Sequence record: NC_023688.1
DNA: 64,000 bases
Strand: one strand, 5' to 3'
In this document: positions 62,892 through 64,000 of the stretch, one piece after another
How positions within the stretch are numbered: the first letter of the stretch is position 1
Layout of the letters: the number at the start of each line of letters is the position of its first letter
Made by a program: the position numbers and the translations under genes
Notes under the pieces: model-generated
Told to the model about the DNA's origin: nothing
What the model saw: only the letters and a program-made list of their open reading frames with translations
The model's database searches: none

Positions 62892-63225
62892 TCAAGTGAT
62901 CCTTTAATACTCGAAGATGATCGGCACTCAGACCGCGAAGTTGTTTCTTCGCTTCTTCCAACAGATTGTGATCTCGATTCTGCTTTTCATCAACAACAAC
63001 ACGAAAAGAATCACCGAAAGATTTTGTGACTTTCACACCGTTTGCTTCATTCAGATGATTTGCATTCAGAACCTCAACTGGCTGAAAATTGTAGCCATAG
63101 TATGGGTTCTTTCCCTGCAACAGCAGAAGACTTACAATCTTTTTGATCTCACCAGAGTAAACACCAAGGTGACGAATTGAGCGACCTTCACAATCGCCCT
63201 CAGTTGTTACGCTATAAGTTGCCAT
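62884..63225 (-). CDS. Hypothetical protein
   Basis: 113 aa; TTEGDCEGRS motif. Confidence 0.6.
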   Translation of the reverse strand: MATYSVTTEGDCEGRSIRHLGVYSGEIKKIVSLLLLQGKNPYYGYNFQPVEVLNANHLNEANGVKVTKSFGDSFRVVVDEKQNRDHNLLEEAKKQLRGLSADHLRVLKDHLNA

Positions 63226-63233
63226 GATTTGCC

Positions 63234-63425
63234 TCAGATTTTAAATTTAACGATTTCGCTTTTGTGGATAACGATCACGGTTTGACGCTTACGCCAGAAC
63301 TGATACCACTTAACTCGAACGTAATCAGCCATTTGCATTACTTGCTCGACCGATGCGGTAGTAACAGAGATCTCACCATTAGGCAGTGACATCATAACTT
63401 GGTCATTCACGATTTGCAGATTCAT
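63234..63425 (-). CDS. Hypothetical protein
   Basis: 63 aa. Confidence 0.55.
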   Translation of the reverse strand: MNLQIVNDQVMMSLPNGEISVTTASVEQVMQMADYVRVKWYQFWRKRQTVIVIHKSEIVKFKI

Positions 63426-63435
63426 AATATTTTAC

Positions 63436-63537
63436 TCAGTTGAGTTGATTCAGTAAACTAGACAGTGCTTCGGCATATGCGAGTGCCAATCCTAAAAGGA
63501 TTACAACAACAATCTTACCGAATAGTTGATCTGACAT
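63436..63537 (-). CDS. 33-aa hydrophobic peptide (not in ORF track)
   Basis: MSDQLFGKIVVVILLGLALAYAEALSSLLNQLN; SD GAGGA and cassette promoter. Confidence 0.55.
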   Translation of the reverse strand: MSDQLFGKIVVVILLGLALAYAEALSSLLNQLN

Positions 63538-63632
63538 AATGATTCCTCGTTTCGATGTAGCTATATTAACAGAACCAATTAGGTACACAAGGACTTTAGG
63601 TGATTTTTTAACCAATTATTTTTCGAGACATT

Positions 63633-63655
63633 AAAAAACCCGCCGAAGCGGGTTT
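63633..63655 (-). terminator. Intrinsic terminator
   Basis: aaacccgc-cgaa-gcgggttt with U tract. Confidence 0.88.
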
Positions 63656-63875
63656 AGTCTTTCTTTGATGCTAACATAGCAGCCATCATTAGATCGTGTC
63701 GTCTTTGTTCTTCTTTCTCTTTGCGCAGATTCGGAAGAATCAACAGCAGAATGATAGAGAAAAGCGGGGTCAGAAACACAGTGATGATAAACCAACCCAG
63801 CACAGATCGACCGCGAGAGTTAGCCAACACCAAAGTTACGATCAGAAATACAAGCCACCCAATTGCGATTGTCAT
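63654..63875 (-). CDS. Small membrane protein
   Basis: TM-GRS-GW-TM-P pattern. Confidence 0.65.
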   Translation of the reverse strand: MTIAIGWLVFLIVTLVLANSRGRSVLGWFIITVFLTPLFSIILLLILPNLRKEKEEQRRHDLMMAAMLASKKD

Positions 63876-64000
63876 TTAATTACCATTATGATAGTTGATA
63901 GCGTATTCTTTCAGCTCTTGATAGAATGCTTGATACTCGATTGTTCGAATGATGTCCTTCGGACCAATGCCCTTCAAACGTCGAATATCGCTATTAGTCC
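63876..64000 (-). CDS. 3' end of a gene continuing beyond the window
   Basis: ...RRLKGIGPKDII... (helix-hairpin-helix-like) ending in TAA at 63876. Confidence 0.45.
   Translation of the reverse strand, partial: TNSDIRRLKGIGPKDIIRTIEYQAFYQELKEYAINYHNGN

Noticed and set aside
1-64000. tRNAs, group I introns, inteins, DGR/retron, CRISPR
   Set aside because: No cloverleaf, no interrupted conserved genes, normal protein lengths, and no reverse transcriptase motifs seen by eye; tRNAscan/Infernal would be the decisive check.

Overview
A 64-kb segment of a large T4-like myophage (Straboviridae type). Essentially all real genes are on the minus strand. The replication and transcription core is in T4 order: rIIA, fused topoisomerase 39+60, dexA, dUTPase, 61, 61.1, 41, 40, uvsX, 43, regA, 62, 44, 45, rpbA, 46, 47, a-gt.4/.5 and 55. 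A ribonucleotide-reductase supercluster follows (nrdH, nrdC, grcA, nrdG, nrdD, nrdB, nrdA), then gene 49, then about 28 kb of early accessory genes in short promoter/terminator cassettes. The UvsX N-terminus and gene order recall Aeh1-like Aeromonas phages (from memory, not a database search). No hmC or glucosylation genes, tRNAs, introns, inteins, homing endonucleases or CRISPR arrays were seen. The main discoveries are: (1) a 29-aa stand-alone type IV pilin N-terminal peptide, absent from the ORF track, with its own promoter and RBS; (2) several predicted DNA-modification enzymes (Mom-like, ABC-ATPase/GNAT, Dam fragment) ending in the same kind of C-terminal peptide that the DNA polymerase uses to bind the gp45 clamp; (3) many early promoters with a sequence-variable inverted repeat over the -10 or -35 box; (4) a twice-present, roughly 110-bp palindromic non-coding element; (5) a circularly permuted amino-methyltransferase. 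All functional assignments come from motif recognition by eye and need database or experimental confirmation.
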